Shown here piece by piece: positions 32,470 to 44,565 of a DNA stretch of 64,000 nucleotides. Source of the DNA: an uncultured delta proteobacterium (GTDB lineage: Bacteria; Desulfobacterota; WTBG01; CAIYCZ01); NCBI GenBank assembly GCA_963803975.1, contig CAWDOY010000014.1:64001-128000 (forward strand). The letters are read 5' to 3'. A model generated the notes under the pieces. It had not been told where the DNA came from. It ran no database searches and saw nothing but the letters and a program-made list of their open reading frames with translations. Made by a program: the position numbers and the translations under genes. Each line of letters begins with the position of its first letter. Within the stretch, counting starts at the first letter, position 1.

Positions 32470-33597
32470 CTACTCCGAAAGCATCGGCATTATAATATAG
32501 GTTGAATTGGGCTTGGTGAGTGGATGAAAAATAAGCGGTTTGTTTTTATCTGAATCATTAATCTCCATCATTACATCATCATCTACCGCATTCAATATGT
32601 CTAAAAAATATTTTCCGTTAATACTGAAGGAAATGCTCTTCTTAACTGCTTCTTCAATTTCCACTTTTTCCTGAACGCTTCCCACCTCATTGTCTTCAGT
32701 AGATAATTCTAAAATATTCTCTTTAAAATTGAAGGAGACCGGCCGCTTATTCTCACTTGCTATAATTGACATGCGGCGCAGCGCTGATTTTATTTTTTCT
32801 TTTTGTGCTACTATCTTTAGTTCGTTTTCTCCAGCCGGCGGGATTATATATTTATATTCAGGGAATTTTTTTTCTATCAGGCGTATAAAAAGCTCTATTT
32901 CTCCTATTTTTATACTGAGGCTGTTTTTTATTACCTTTACCAAAATATTTTTTTCTTCTTTTTTGTCTGCTAAAACTTTTCTCAGTTCAATAATTCCTTT
33001 ATATGAAACAAGTATTCCCTCGGTTAGAGATATCTGTTCACCTATTTCTTCGTCTATCATTGACAGCCGGTAACCATCGGTTGTTACCATTCTCAGTTTA
33101 TTGTCTTCCAGCCGTTCAATAAAAGCTCCTGCTATATTTATTCTGGTTTCATCTCCAGACATTGAAAAAGCTGTATAGTCAATCATTATTTTAATTTTTT
33201 CCGTATCCCACTGACTATAAGCCGTTGTATCCTGCTGAAAAAAAAGAGGAAAATCCTCCGGCGGTAATCCTATAATATTAAAGCGCACCTTGCTGCTGGT
33301 AATTTCTATATGATAATTATCTTTTTCATCAATAGTAATTTCTTCTTCAGGTAATTCCCTTATTATTTCAAAAAATTTGCGTGCATTTACGGACAGTGTT
33401 CCCTCCTTTTTAATGATAACTTCATTATAGTGAGCTATCATGCCTATTTCCAGATTGGTGGCACTAACGGTTAATATGTTTTCCTTCGCCGTTATAAGAG
33501 CATTTGCCGTAATGGGCATGATACTGCTCTTCTCAACAACACTCTGAATTCTCGAGAGAGCAAGGAGAAGAACGTTTTTATTGATAATTATTTTCAT
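32470..33597 (-). CDS. dnaN: DNA polymerase III beta clamp
   Basis: ATNLE, TTDGYRL, FPEY, YIIMPM. Confidence 0.95.
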   Translation of the reverse strand: MKIIINKNVLLLALSRIQSVVEKSSIMPITANALITAKENILTVSATNLEIGMIAHYNEVIIKKEGTLSVNARKFFEIIRELPEEEITIDEKDNYHIEITSSKVRFNIIGLPPEDFPLFFQQDTTAYSQWDTEKIKIMIDYTAFSMSGDETRINIAGAFIERLEDNKLRMVTTDGYRLSMIDEEIGEQISLTEGILVSYKGIIELRKVLADKKEEKNILVKVIKNSLSIKIGEIELFIRLIEKKFPEYKYIIPPAGENELKIVAQKEKIKSALRRMSIIASENKRPVSFNFKENILELSTEDNEVGSVQEKVEIEEAVKKSISFSINGKYFLDILNAVDDDVMMEINDSDKNKPLIFHPLTKPNSTYIIMPMLSE

Positions 33598-33856
33598 AAA
33601 TAGTTCCGTTTCTAATATTAAATAAGAAGTAAATAAATATAATAAGCAGTAGTTATACCGTCACGTATCTGTTTAAAAGATATCTAACCCTTAGATATCA
33701 GAGATTATTTATACTGTATTCCCTGTTGATTGTTCTTTTAAAAGAGACTCATAAAAAAAATAAAAAATTAATACAGCAAAATTACACGAAGTTTTACAGA
33801 AGTCAAAAGAAATATTTTTATGGTAGTGCACAGCAAAAAAACAGTTAAAATAAAAA
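33598..33856. other. Candidate oriC (dnaA-dnaN spacer)
   Basis: AT-rich; NAN trio-like run TATAATAAGCAGTAG; 1-mismatch DnaA box TGTTTAAAA at 33670-33678; IHF-like palindrome at 33679-33699. Confidence 0.6.
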
Positions 33857-35152
33857 TTAAAAATTTTGTATGATGGAGTCAATAATATTTTTTATTTTAT
33901 AGTCGCGCGTTATCTGTAACTCTATTTTTTTTATTGAATGAATTACCGTTGAATGATCCTTTCCACCAAAAATCTGTCCAATTTCCGGATAAGAAAGAGT
34001 GGTTAGTTTTCTCATCGCATACATGGCAACCTGCCTTGGCAAGACCACCGCACTGTTTTTTCTTTTGGTTTTTAAATCAGAAACCTTGGCATTAAAAAGT
34101 TTACAAACTAATTTTAAAATATCTTCCGGGGTGGTTTCTTTTTTTACTGCAATAACTTCTTTAAGAACCTCTTTTGTAAAATCCAGAGAGATATCCGTGC
34201 CGTAGAGGGAAGAATAGGCAATGAGACGGTTTAAAAAACCCTCCAGTTCTCTAATATTAGAACGGACATTACTGGCAAGAAAAAAAGCAACGTCGTTAGG
34301 TAGGTTAATGTTTTCTAAAACAGCCTTTTTTTTAAGAATGGCAACCTTGGTTTCTGTATCCGGAGATTGAATATCAGCAATCAGTCCCCATTCAAAACGG
34401 GAGCGCAGACGGTCTTCCAAACCCGGTATTTCCCGGGGGGTTTTATCGCTGGTGACAACCAGCTGTTTTTTTAATTCAAACAGCGCATTGAACGTATGAA
34501 AAAACTCCTCCTGGGTTCGTTCTTTTCCGGCTATAAATTGTATATCATCCAGGAGCATCATATCCATGTTTCTATATTTATTTCTAAAGGCCGTCATTTT
34601 TTCAAAACGTATGGAGTTAATCATCTCATTGGTAAAATTTTCCGCGGTAGTATAACAAATTTTTAACCGGCTGTTGTTACTGAGACACTGCTGAACAATA
34701 GCATGGAGCAGATGGGTTTTTCCCAGCCCGACACCACCATACATAAAAAGGGGATTATAGGTTCTTCCCGGGTGATTTGCCACAGCCATACAGGCAGCAT
34801 GGGCAAACTGATTACTGGAACCAACCACAAAATTATTAAAGACATATCTGGAATTTATGTTTTTAGGTATAAGTGCTGCTTGATCAGTATTGTCTGCCGG
34901 CAGTTCCGGGGTGTTTTTAATGGTAAAACATATTTCTGGCCGGGTGCCGGTTAAGGTAAACAAAACCCCTTTTATAATATCCAGATAGTTTTCTTTTAAC
35001 CAATCTGAAAAGAATTGGCTGGGGACCTCAATAGAGATAGTAGAAGCAGACAGGCTTTTAAGCTGAAGGGGCTTAAACCACGATTCATATATCTGCGCGG
35101 AGGTCTTTTCTTTTATGCTGTTTAAAAAATTTTCCCAGAAGGTTTTCAACAA
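33857..35152 (-). CDS. dnaA: Replication initiator DnaA (TTG start)
   Basis: YNPLFMYGGVGLGKTHL, DDIQF, RLRSRFEWG, GGKDHSTVIH. Confidence 0.97.
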   Translation of the reverse strand: MLKTFWENFLNSIKEKTSAQIYESWFKPLQLKSLSASTISIEVPSQFFSDWLKENYLDIIKGVLFTLTGTRPEICFTIKNTPELPADNTDQAALIPKNINSRYVFNNFVVGSSNQFAHAACMAVANHPGRTYNPLFMYGGVGLGKTHLLHAIVQQCLSNNSRLKICYTTAENFTNEMINSIRFEKMTAFRNKYRNMDMMLLDDIQFIAGKERTQEEFFHTFNALFELKKQLVVTSDKTPREIPGLEDRLRSRFEWGLIADIQSPDTETKVAILKKKAVLENINLPNDVAFFLASNVRSNIRELEGFLNRLIAYSSLYGTDISLDFTKEVLKEVIAVKKETTPEDILKLVCKLFNAKVSDLKTKRKNSAVVLPRQVAMYAMRKLTTLSYPEIGQIFGGKDHSTVIHSIKKIELQITRDYKIKNIIDSIIQNF

Positions 35153-35308
35153 TAGATCCTTTATGACCGGAGAACGGGAACGGGTTCACGCCTCGTTGCC
35201 CGCGCCAGCAGAAAACTTTGACAGGTCCGTAGAAACTTGAAACAGAAAAGCACTTTATAATTACTGACAAAAAATTTCAAGGGGTTTCCCCTCTCGCGGG
35301 GCGCGAAA

Positions 35309-36428
35309 TTATCTTTGATATTTAAATTTGCGCATACCAACATTTAATAATAGACCAACAGCAAACAGGCTTGATAACATCGAAGAACCGCCATAGCTGA
35401 AAAAGGGCAGCGGAACACCCACAACCGGAAATAAACCGATGGTCATGCCCAGATTGATTATTATTTGCCAGAAAAGGATAAAAACAATACAGATGGCCAG
35501 AAGAGACCCGGAAACATTTTTTGCATTAAAGGCAATGCCCAGGCCGCGATATAAAATAATAAAAAACAGCAGCAGCAGAACCGCGCAGCCGACGAACCCC
35601 CACTCTTCCCCCCAAACAGAAAAAGCAAAATCCGTATGCTGCTCAGGAAGAAACCGCAGCTGACTCTGCGTTCCCAGGGTAAAGCCCTTTCCCCAAAAAC
35701 TGCCAGAGCCAATGGCAATCTTCGATTGAATAATCTGATACCCTGAGTGCAGCGGGTCCAGCTCGGGATTTAAAAAAGTGAGGACCCGTTTTTTCTGATA
35801 ATCTTTTAAAAAAAACCACAGCAGCGGCAGGAACAGACTCGCTGATATACCACAGGCAATAAAAGATTTTTTATCAACACGCACGAAAAAAAGCAGAGAA
35901 CAGAAGACCAGGACAATAATGCCGCCCGTTCCCAGGTCAGGCTGAATGTAAATAAGGAAAAACGTCAGAACCAGAAAGGAAAAGGGGAATAACAGATCGA
36001 GCAGGCGAAAGGGTTTCGCTGAGCTGTTTTCAAAATAAAACTTGCACAGGGCGAGGACAAAAGTAATTTTTGCCAGTTCCGATGGCTGGATGGTAATGGG
36101 CCCCAGGGACAACCAGCGCTGGGACCCCAGCTTTGTTTTCCCGAGGAATATGACCACCAAGAGAAGCAGCAGGGTAAATGGCATGGAGATAATAGGAGTA
36201 GCGGATAATCGTAATATAGTTGACCGGGATGACACAAAAAATAACTACCAACCCCAGCGCAACCCAGTACAGCTGCCGGTAGAAATAGATGGAAGAGGCT
36301 TCCCAGGAAGAAGAGCAAATACTGTACAGATTTAAAAGCCCCAGTGCGGTGACCAGAAAAACCGCAATAAACAGCCCGCCATCAAAATTTACTAATAACC
36401 GTCGGTCAAACATAAGGCCCTTAGTCAA
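35309..36428 (-). CDS. rodA: RodA SEDS protein (apparent frameshift near 36180)
   Basis: QPSELAK, QPDLGT, GYQIIQS, LPEQHTDF, PFFSYGGSS. Confidence 0.93.
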
Positions 36429-38274
36429 GCACCTCCGGCAGCGCCGGAGGGATATCAGTGCTTACTGAAGAAAGATGCAAAAAACTTTTTATAACTTCCT
36501 TTGCCACGGGAGCAGCTGCGCTTCCTCCGTGGCCGCCATTCTCAATGAATACGGCAACGACAATACGGGGGTTTTCAACCGGCGCCATGGCCACAAACCA
36601 CGCATGGTCATTAGTAGTAGACGGCGCTGAACCGGGAGAAGGGCTGCTCTGGAGGCTGATAACCTGAGCAGTTCCGGTTTTACCCGCGACGGTTATGCCA
36701 TCAATGCGTGCCCGGCCACCGGTTCCCCGCGGATCATTGACCACCCCCGCGATAGCATCTTTTATAAATGAAACCGTCTGGGGAGTAATGGTCAACAGGG
36801 TTTTTTTTGCGGGCGGAAAAGAGATGGTTTCCGTGCCCTCTTTTACTTTCAGCACCAGCCGCGGCTTGGGTATAAAGGAGCCATTGGCGATGCCGCAGAA
36901 GGCAGCAGCAATCTGCAGGGGCGTGGTAAGCACAGAGCCCTGCCCGATAGCAGTATTAATGGTTTCTCCGCGCTGCCATTTGGTACCGTAGCGTTTTAGT
37001 TTCCATTCCGGCGTTGGCAGCAGACCGCTTTTTTCTTCGTCAAGCTCGATGCCGGTTTTTGTCCCCAGCCCGAGCAGGGCCGCATATTTTGCGATGTTCT
37101 GTATGCCGATGGCATTTCCCAGCTGATAAAAATAGACATCACAGGATTCCACAATGGCCCGGTGCAGATTCACCGCACCGTGTCCTTCTTTTCTCCAGCA
37201 ATGGAACACATGGCTGCCCATATCAAAATATCCCGGGCAGGCAAATTCTTTCTGTGGATCAATCAGCCCCTCTTCGAGCGCGGCAAGGGCAACGATTATT
37301 TTAAATACCGACCCGGGCGGCTGCTGGCTCTGCAGCGCCCGGTTCATGAGCGGATTATTGGGGCTTCTGAGCAGGTTTTGCCACTCCTCTGCATCTATGC
37401 TGCGCGAGAACAGATTTGGATCAAATCCGGGAGAGCTGACCATAACCAGCACATCACCCTGCCAGGGATCCAGCGCCACCACCGCACCCTTTTTATCTTT
37501 CAGCAGCGCCTCCGCTGTCAGTTGTGCTTCGCGGTCAATAGAAAGAAACAGGTCACTGCCCGAGACCGGGTCGATTTGTGCCAGGATGTTTTTTTTATGG
37601 CCCAGAGCATCAACTTCTGTTTGATATCCGCCCGGCTCTCCCCGCAAATAAAGTTCCCCCCATTTTTCTATCCCGCATTTGCCGATCAGATCCCCGTGGG
37701 CATAATCGCTGTAAAAGTCTTTTTTTAGTTCCTGGCGGCCAATCTCTCCTAAATAGCCTAACAGATGTGAGGACCCGGTGCCGAGATGATATCTTCGCTG
37801 GGGTACGACTTCAATAGTAACACCATTAAGGTCTATTCTGTTGGAAGTAATGGCAGCCATCTGCGTCCAGGACAGGTTTTGTTTCAGCACGATGGGCTCA
37901 AAGGGCGGCCGGCCCTTGCCTTGAGCAAGCTTTTTGGTCAGGACGTCTATTGGTTCCCGGAGCAACCGGGAGAGATTCTGTAGAACCCCCGTCTTATCCG
38001 GCGCATCCTGTGGCGTGAGGGTCAGGTCAAAGGAAGGGATATTTTCCACCAGCGCAGCCCCCGTGCGATCAAAGATGAACCCGCGCGGCGCCGTTATGCT
38101 GGTAATCCGGATCCTGTTATTTGTTGACAGATCGCAATATACCGCGCCCTTTAAAATTTGCAGATACCACAGCCGGAAAAAAACAAAAAAACCACAGATG
38201 AGCACAAAGGTAACCGCCAGGGGGATTTTTTTGTTCAGATCTTTTTCAAGCGCTGGATTGGACTGTATATACAT
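36421..38274 (-). CDS. mrdA: Penicillin-binding protein 2
   Basis: APRG, SVFK, SCD and KTG motifs. Confidence 0.95.
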   Translation of the reverse strand: MYIQSNPALEKDLNKKIPLAVTFVLICGFFVFFRLWYLQILKGAVYCDLSTNNRIRITSITAPRGFIFDRTGAALVENIPSFDLTLTPQDAPDKTGVLQNLSRLLREPIDVLTKKLAQGKGRPPFEPIVLKQNLSWTQMAAITSNRIDLNGVTIEVVPQRRYHLGTGSSHLLGYLGEIGRQELKKDFYSDYAHGDLIGKCGIEKWGELYLRGEPGGYQTEVDALGHKKNILAQIDPVSGSDLFLSIDREAQLTAEALLKDKKGAVVALDPWQGDVLVMVSSPGFDPNLFSRSIDAEEWQNLLRSPNNPLMNRALQSQQPPGSVFKIIVALAALEEGLIDPQKEFACPGYFDMGSHVFHCWRKEGHGAVNLHRAIVESCDVYFYQLGNAIGIQNIAKYAALLGLGTKTGIELDEEKSGLLPTPEWKLKRYGTKWQRGETINTAIGQGSVLTTPLQIAAAFCGIANGSFIPKPRLVLKVKEGTETISFPPAKKTLLTITPQTVSFIKDAIAGVVNDPRGTGGRARIDGITVAGKTGTAQVISLQSSPSPGSAPSTTNDHAWFVAMAPVENPRIVVAVFIENGGHGGSAAAPVAKEVIKSFLHLSSVSTDIPPALPEVLD

Positions 38275-38277
38275 ATT

Positions 38278-38835
38278 CTATGAAGCAGCTGTTTTAGCAG
38301 ACGAAGGTTGGAAAAAACCCCTGAAAAGATTAATTGCATTATTCTGCGACACGCTGTTTATTACATAATCGAGAAACAGCAGGACCACGGGAGCTACTGC
38401 GACCGTGAATGCCAGCTGTTTGGGAAGAATGTTTTTTAAGCTCGCGAGCAGGTGCGGATTCTTGTGAAATAACCAGCATAACATAAAGACCAGCCCCCCC
38501 TCAAGGATGCTGCCAAAAACAACCAGCAGTATCTGGAGATAAATGGAGCGAAGATCAAAAGCGTTTTTTAGCAGGTCGATGGAGACGAAGAAGAACAGAT
38601 ACACGAAAGCATACAGGCCAAAAGGGCCGCCGGAAAACACGGCACAGAAATAACCCAGCAGCGACACCAGGACTGCGCCCGCGCCCAGTTCCAGCTCCGG
38701 CCGGGTTCCCAGGTAAAGCACCAGAATCAAAACCAGATCCGGGCGAATGCCCTGCTGTGTAAAGGGCAGGAGCGGGTGTGCTTGAATACCTAAAAGAGCC
38801 ACACCGAGCAGAACATACAGGAGATATAAACGCAT
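38278..38835 (-). CDS. mreD: Rod shape protein MreD
   Basis: Hydrophobic; PDLVLIL; between mreC and mrdA. Confidence 0.85.
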   Translation of the reverse strand: MRLYLLYVLLGVALLGIQAHPLLPFTQQGIRPDLVLILVLYLGTRPELELGAGAVLVSLLGYFCAVFSGGPFGLYAFVYLFFFVSIDLLKNAFDLRSIYLQILLVVFGSILEGGLVFMLCWLFHKNPHLLASLKNILPKQLAFTVAVAPVVLLFLDYVINSVSQNNAINLFRGFFQPSSAKTAAS

Positions 38836-38874
38836 CTCATCCTCACCTTGTGTGCGTTGAGAAAAAAACATCGG

Positions 38875-39687
38875 TTACGGTATCACCACGAACACCTCTT
38901 CCAGCTTAGAAAAATCAACAGCAGGCTTTATCTCGACCAGCTGAAAAAACCCCGGGCTGTTTCTTACCACATTCACCACGGCACCGACCACGATCCCCTT
39001 GGGAATTATCTCATCTAACCCGGAGGTTACAATAATATCTCCGTTTTGGAGGTCTTCGTTTTTTGAGACGAAGCGCAGCTCACAGCGCTCTTCAGTGCGT
39101 CCCTCTATGATACCCTTGGCACGGGAGCGCTGCACCAGGATATCAAGAGCACTATTACGGTCAATGATTAAGAGAACTTTTGCTGTCGTCTTCTGCGCTT
39201 CGAGAATTTTCCCCACAATCCCGCGCGCCGTCATCACCGCGGCTCCGCGCCGTATGCCGCTGTCTGTTCCCTTATCAATCATCAGGGTGCGAAACCAGCT
39301 CGAGGGGTCCCGGCCAATAATTTCCGCGGGAATAAAGTGGTACGGGAGTTTTTTTTTGAAACCGAGGAGCTCGCGCAGGCGGCTGTTTTCAAGGGCTGTT
39401 TCCTGCAGCAGCTGATTTTCACGCTGCAGGTCTGCGACCGCTTTTTGCAGCAGAACATTTTCGCTGCGCACGCTAACGAGATTGAAATAGCCCAGCCAGA
39501 GGCGATAGGCTTTGTTGAAGGCTATGGTAGAAAGCTTTAACGGCGGGGAAAGAACGGGTATGATTATGGCATCAAAAAGTCCCCCTCCTTCTCTTTTCTC
39601 GATATCCCGGGCCAGCAGCGTTAACGAGACCAGAAAAAGCACGGCAATAAGAATAACCCTTTTTCTTTTCAGAAGAAACTGCAGCAT
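38875..39687 (-). CDS. mreC: Rod shape protein MreC
   Basis: ENSRLRELL, IDKG, VTSGL..PKG. Confidence 0.93.
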   Translation of the reverse strand: MLQFLLKRKRVILIAVLFLVSLTLLARDIEKREGGGLFDAIIIPVLSPPLKLSTIAFNKAYRLWLGYFNLVSVRSENVLLQKAVADLQRENQLLQETALENSRLRELLGFKKKLPYHFIPAEIIGRDPSSWFRTLMIDKGTDSGIRRGAAVMTARGIVGKILEAQKTTAKVLLIIDRNSALDILVQRSRAKGIIEGRTEERCELRFVSKNEDLQNGDIIVTSGLDEIIPKGIVVGAVVNVVRNSPGFFQLVEIKPAVDFSKLEEVFVVIP

Positions 39688-39706
39688 TGCTGACCCTGCC
39701 CCAGCC

Positions 39707-40825
<1,119 letters not shown>

Positions 40826-41020
40826 TTATATTAAAAGGAACTGATGTATATGAAAATCAATTATATGTTTTCGACTAATAGCAGACACGGTACAGAAGTG
40901 CAAGAAAATAATAAAATGCCTTGAAAAACTTAGCAGTTTTTACTAACATTGAAAGACTAACCGTTAACAGATTAATTAAAACAGTTTTGTATAGTGGTAT
41001 AACCGCGCGGAGGCACGAGC

Positions 41021-42934
41021 ATGTTAAGCTTTATGAGGAAAAATGCAAAGTCGTGGATTGTTAAAATCCTGTTCGTCATTATCATTCTGGTTTTTGTTTT
41101 CTTTTACGGATATTCTGACATGCGCCAGGGAAAAGAAACCGCACTTGCTTCAGTGGGAAAGAAAAAAATAACCATTGGCGAATACCAGGAGGCATATAAG
41201 AACATGCTCCAGTTTTACCGCAATATCTACCAGGGCCAGCTTACGGAAGAGATGATCCGGCAAATGGGGCTGAAGCAGAAAGCGCTGGAAAACCTGATTG
41301 AGCGCGAGATCCTCCTCCAGGAAGCCGGCAGGATGAAAATGCAGGCAACCGCTGAAGAGGTGCGAACGAACATTATGAAGACCCCGGCATTCCAGGAGAA
41401 TGGCAGCTTCAGCCAGCAGAATTATGAACGGACACTGCGCTATTATAACCTATCGACAGCTGATTTTGAAATGAACCAGGAGAAAGAGATAATCATAAAA
41501 AAGCTCGAAGACCTGGTAAAAAGCGCTGCCCGGTATTCTGACCAGGAACTGCGCAACCAGTTTCTCCTGGAAAACGAAAAGGCGACCATAGAGTACCTGG
41601 CGTTTAGTCCTGAGGCGATCAAGGAAAACCCTGCGGTGAGCCCCCAGGAGATAGAGAATTATTATAAGAAACATGCCGAGGAGTTTCGCCTGCCGGCAAT
41701 GGTTAAGGCGCAGTATATACTGTTTTCCCCCGAGAACTATGAAAACAAGGTGACGGTTGCGCCGGCAGAATTAAAAGAATATTATCAAATGGATACGGAG
41801 AGGTTTTCAGAACCAAAGAAGGTGAAGGCCCGGCACATACTTTTAAAAACCGGCAAAACCGACACCCCGGAAAAGGTAGCGGCAGTGAAAAAGCGGGCAG
41901 AGGAGCTTCTGCAGAAAATAAAAAAGGGTGAAGATTTTGCAAAGCTGGCAGAGAAGAATTCCGAGGACACCGGCTCTGCAGCAAAGGGCGGAGACCTGGG
42001 ATATTTCAAGAAGGGCGACATGGTAAAGCCGTTTGAAGAGGCGGCCTTTAGCCAGAAACCCGGCGAGGTGAGCAGCCCGGTTCAATCTACCTTCGGGTTT
42101 CATATCATCCGGGTTGATGACGTGAAAGAGGCGTATACCAAAACCTTTGATGAAGTTAAGGGGGTTATAGAAAAAGAGCTCAAGCAGGAGGCAGCTAAAA
42201 AGCTTGCCCGGGAAGAAGCACACCGGGCGTACAACCGGCTCTTTAAAAGTAAAGATATTGCCGGCTATGCAAAACAGAACGGGCTTAAAATAGAAGAGAC
42301 CGATTATTTCACCTCCGGCAGCGGCCCGGAAGACGCGACAGAAAAGAACGCTTTTTCTGAGGCAGCGTTTTCCATCAACGCCGGGGAGATAGCGCCGATT
42401 TTTGCGTTAGGCCCAAAATATGTTTTGCTAAAGCTGGAAGGGAAAAAAGCATCCCGCATTCCGCCGGTACAGGAAGTAACGGACGCGGTTAAAAAAATCC
42501 TGGAAAAGGAAAAGAAGACCGCGCTGGCAAAAGAGCAGGCAGAGAAACTGCTTGCCGGCCTGAAAAGCGGTAAAGAAGAGTGGGCAGCAGCCGCTAAAGC
42601 GAACAAACTGGAAATAAAAACGACTAAAGAGTTTACCCGCAGGGGTGATTTTATTCCGGAGATAGGGCCGGCGCGGCTGCTGAAAGAAGCGGCATTTACC
42701 TTGAGCGAGAAGAACCCGTATCCAGACAAAGTTTTTGAAACAGATAAGGGTCAGCTGCTTATCCGGTTAAAGGCGCGCCAGAAGCCGGGCGAGGAAGAAT
42801 TTCTGAAACAAAAAGAGCGGCTGCAAAAACAGCTGGTACAGATGAAGAAAGAGGAACTGTTTAATCAGTTTCTGGAAGGGCTGAAGACAAAGGCAGAAAT
42901 AAAGGTGGATAAGAAGCTGCTGGCTTCAGACTGA
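41021..42934 (+). CDS. PpiD/SurA-like parvulin PPIase
   Basis: N-terminal TM, ARHILL, GGDLGYF, FGFHII. Confidence 0.9.
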   Translation: MLSFMRKNAKSWIVKILFVIIILVFVFFYGYSDMRQGKETALASVGKKKITIGEYQEAYKNMLQFYRNIYQGQLTEEMIRQMGLKQKALENLIEREILLQEAGRMKMQATAEEVRTNIMKTPAFQENGSFSQQNYERTLRYYNLSTADFEMNQEKEIIIKKLEDLVKSAARYSDQELRNQFLLENEKATIEYLAFSPEAIKENPAVSPQEIENYYKKHAEEFRLPAMVKAQYILFSPENYENKVTVAPAELKEYYQMDTERFSEPKKVKARHILLKTGKTDTPEKVAAVKKRAEELLQKIKKGEDFAKLAEKNSEDTGSAAKGGDLGYFKKGDMVKPFEEAAFSQKPGEVSSPVQSTFGFHIIRVDDVKEAYTKTFDEVKGVIEKELKQEAAKKLAREEAHRAYNRLFKSKDIAGYAKQNGLKIEETDYFTSGSGPEDATEKNAFSEAAFSINAGEIAPIFALGPKYVLLKLEGKKASRIPPVQEVTDAVKKILEKEKKTALAKEQAEKLLAGLKSGKEEWAAAAKANKLEIKTTKEFTRRGDFIPEIGPARLLKEAAFTLSEKNPYPDKVFETDKGQLLIRLKARQKPGEEEFLKQKERLQKQLVQMKKEELFNQFLEGLKTKAEIKVDKKLLASD

Positions 42935-42936
42935 CA

Positions 42937-43078
42937 GGCTGTTGAAAAACACCCATCTGCTGCGTTGCGCTTATCCCTCGTCATTGCAGCGTACCGCGCA
43001 GTACGCCTCATTCCTCGTGATTGCGCGCGCCTTGCATCTGAATGTTTTTGACCAGCCCGAAACATTTTTTCAATAACC
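42937..43078 (+). repeat. MITE-like repeat, copy E
   Basis: Reverse complement of A-D; starts 2 nt after the TGA of the PPIase gene. Confidence 0.85.
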
Positions 43079-43126
43079 TGCTAATACAGCAGCTACAGTT
43101 CGCAGAGTCCGGAGAATGGCTGAATA

Positions 43127-43579
43127 ATGGCTGGTGGAGAGAACCCGGAGTTGGTTATCGATAAGGAAGGGACCTGGCTTTATAACGGACAGCCGATTGT
43201 AAACAAGGCTATTTATCTCTTCTTTAATCAGAACCTGGAATATAGCCCGGCGGGCGGATACCAGGTCCGGGTCGGCGCAGAAGTCTCCCCGGTTGCGGTG
43301 GAAGATACACCGTTTGTGGTTACGGACGTGGTTTTGGTTGAGCAGGGGGAGAGCTTTTTTAAAATTCATCTCAATGACGAAACAGAAGAGCCGCTTGATC
43401 TGGAATCGCTCTCGGTGGGAAAAGATAATGTGCTCTACTGCGCGGTAAAGAGCGGAAAGTTCAGTGCCCGCTTTCTACGGCCCAGCTATTACCGCCTGAC
43501 CGAGCACATGCAGCAGGAGGGAGAAGACCGGTTCTATATTCCCCTGAACGGGAGGAAGTATTATATAAACAGTGACTAG
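43127..43579 (+). CDS. DUF1285-like protein
   Basis: IDKEGTWLYNG, VEDTPFVV, ARFLRPSYY. Confidence 0.7.
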   Translation: MAGGENPELVIDKEGTWLYNGQPIVNKAIYLFFNQNLEYSPAGGYQVRVGAEVSPVAVEDTPFVVTDVVLVEQGESFFKIHLNDETEEPLDLESLSVGKDNVLYCAVKSGKFSARFLRPSYYRLTEHMQQEGEDRFYIPLNGRKYYINSD

Positions 43580-43597
43580 TGCGTGCAGCGACAGGCA

Positions 43598-43727
43598 GTG
43601 GAAAGTGGAAGGTGAAAAGTGAAATTTCCCATTCACCTATTCACCGACTCACCCATTCACCGCAATCCCCTCGCCCCCTGAACCCTTTTATATTCCTGTG
43701 TGCCTATTGCCTGCTGCCTGTTGCCTT
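43598..43727. repeat. Composite 7/8-mer tandem-repeat patch
   Basis: GTGRAAR x4, CCnATTCA-like x4, nnCCCCT-like x3, TGCCTnn x4. Confidence 0.65.
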
Positions 43728-43729
43728 TT

Positions 43730-44547
43730 TTATTTCCCCAGCTCCCTTGACCTCTGCGTTGCCGCCTCCACCGCATCCATGACCAGCCCCTTAAAGCCCG
43801 CCTTTTTCAAGAACATGCAGGCCGCTTATGGTGGTGCCGCCCGGCGAGGTGACCTGCTCTTTCAGCTTTGTCGCTGATTCCTGTGTTTCCTTTACCAGCG
43901 TTGCCGCGCCATAGATTGTCTGGGCCGCAAGCTCTGCGGCAACAGCTCTTGTCAGCCCCACTTTCACCCCGGCATCAATTAATGCTTCGAGAAAGAGAAA
44001 GACATAGGCCGGGCCGCTGCCGCTAAGGCCCGTCACCGCATCCATGAGCTTTTCATCAACGAGCACGGTTTTTCCCAGCGCGGCAAATATTTTCTCCGCT
44101 GCAGCCAGGTCCTGGCTGGTTGCGCCGGGGCCGGAGCAGAGAGCGGTTGCGCTTTCAAGAACCCGCGCTGCAGTGTTCGGCATGGCACGTATTACGCGGC
44201 AGTTGCCGGAGAGAAGCCCTGCAATAGCATCGGTCTTAACGCCGGCTGCGATGGAAAGGAAGAGTTTTGTTTTGTCTGAAGCCGCCGCGCATTCTTTCAT
44301 GACCGCGGGCAGAACCTGCGGCTTTACCGCGATGATGATGACGGAAGAATCAGCGACCAGCTTTTTGTTGTCAGAGCAGGTCTTTATTTTGTAGGAGTCC
44401 TTAAGAAATTTCAGCCGCTGCGCGGTGACGTCAGAGACGGTAATCTGCTGACGGAGAAAAGACTTTTGCCTTGATAATGCCGCGGATGATGGCCTCACCC
44501 ATGGCCCCGCCGCCAAGAATGCCAAGCTTTACTTTCTTTAAATCCAT
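43730..44547 (-). CDS. proC: Pyrroline-5-carboxylate reductase (apparent frameshifts near 44450 and 43795)
   Basis: GILGGGAMG, AVKPQ, RAMPNT, SGSGPAY, SPGGTT, AVEAATQRSREL. Confidence 0.93.
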
Positions 44548-44565
44548 AACCACTCCCTCCTTTTA

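Noticed and set aside
35161..35343. rpmH upstream of dnaA
   Set aside because: No L34-like MKRT..P sequence found on either strand.
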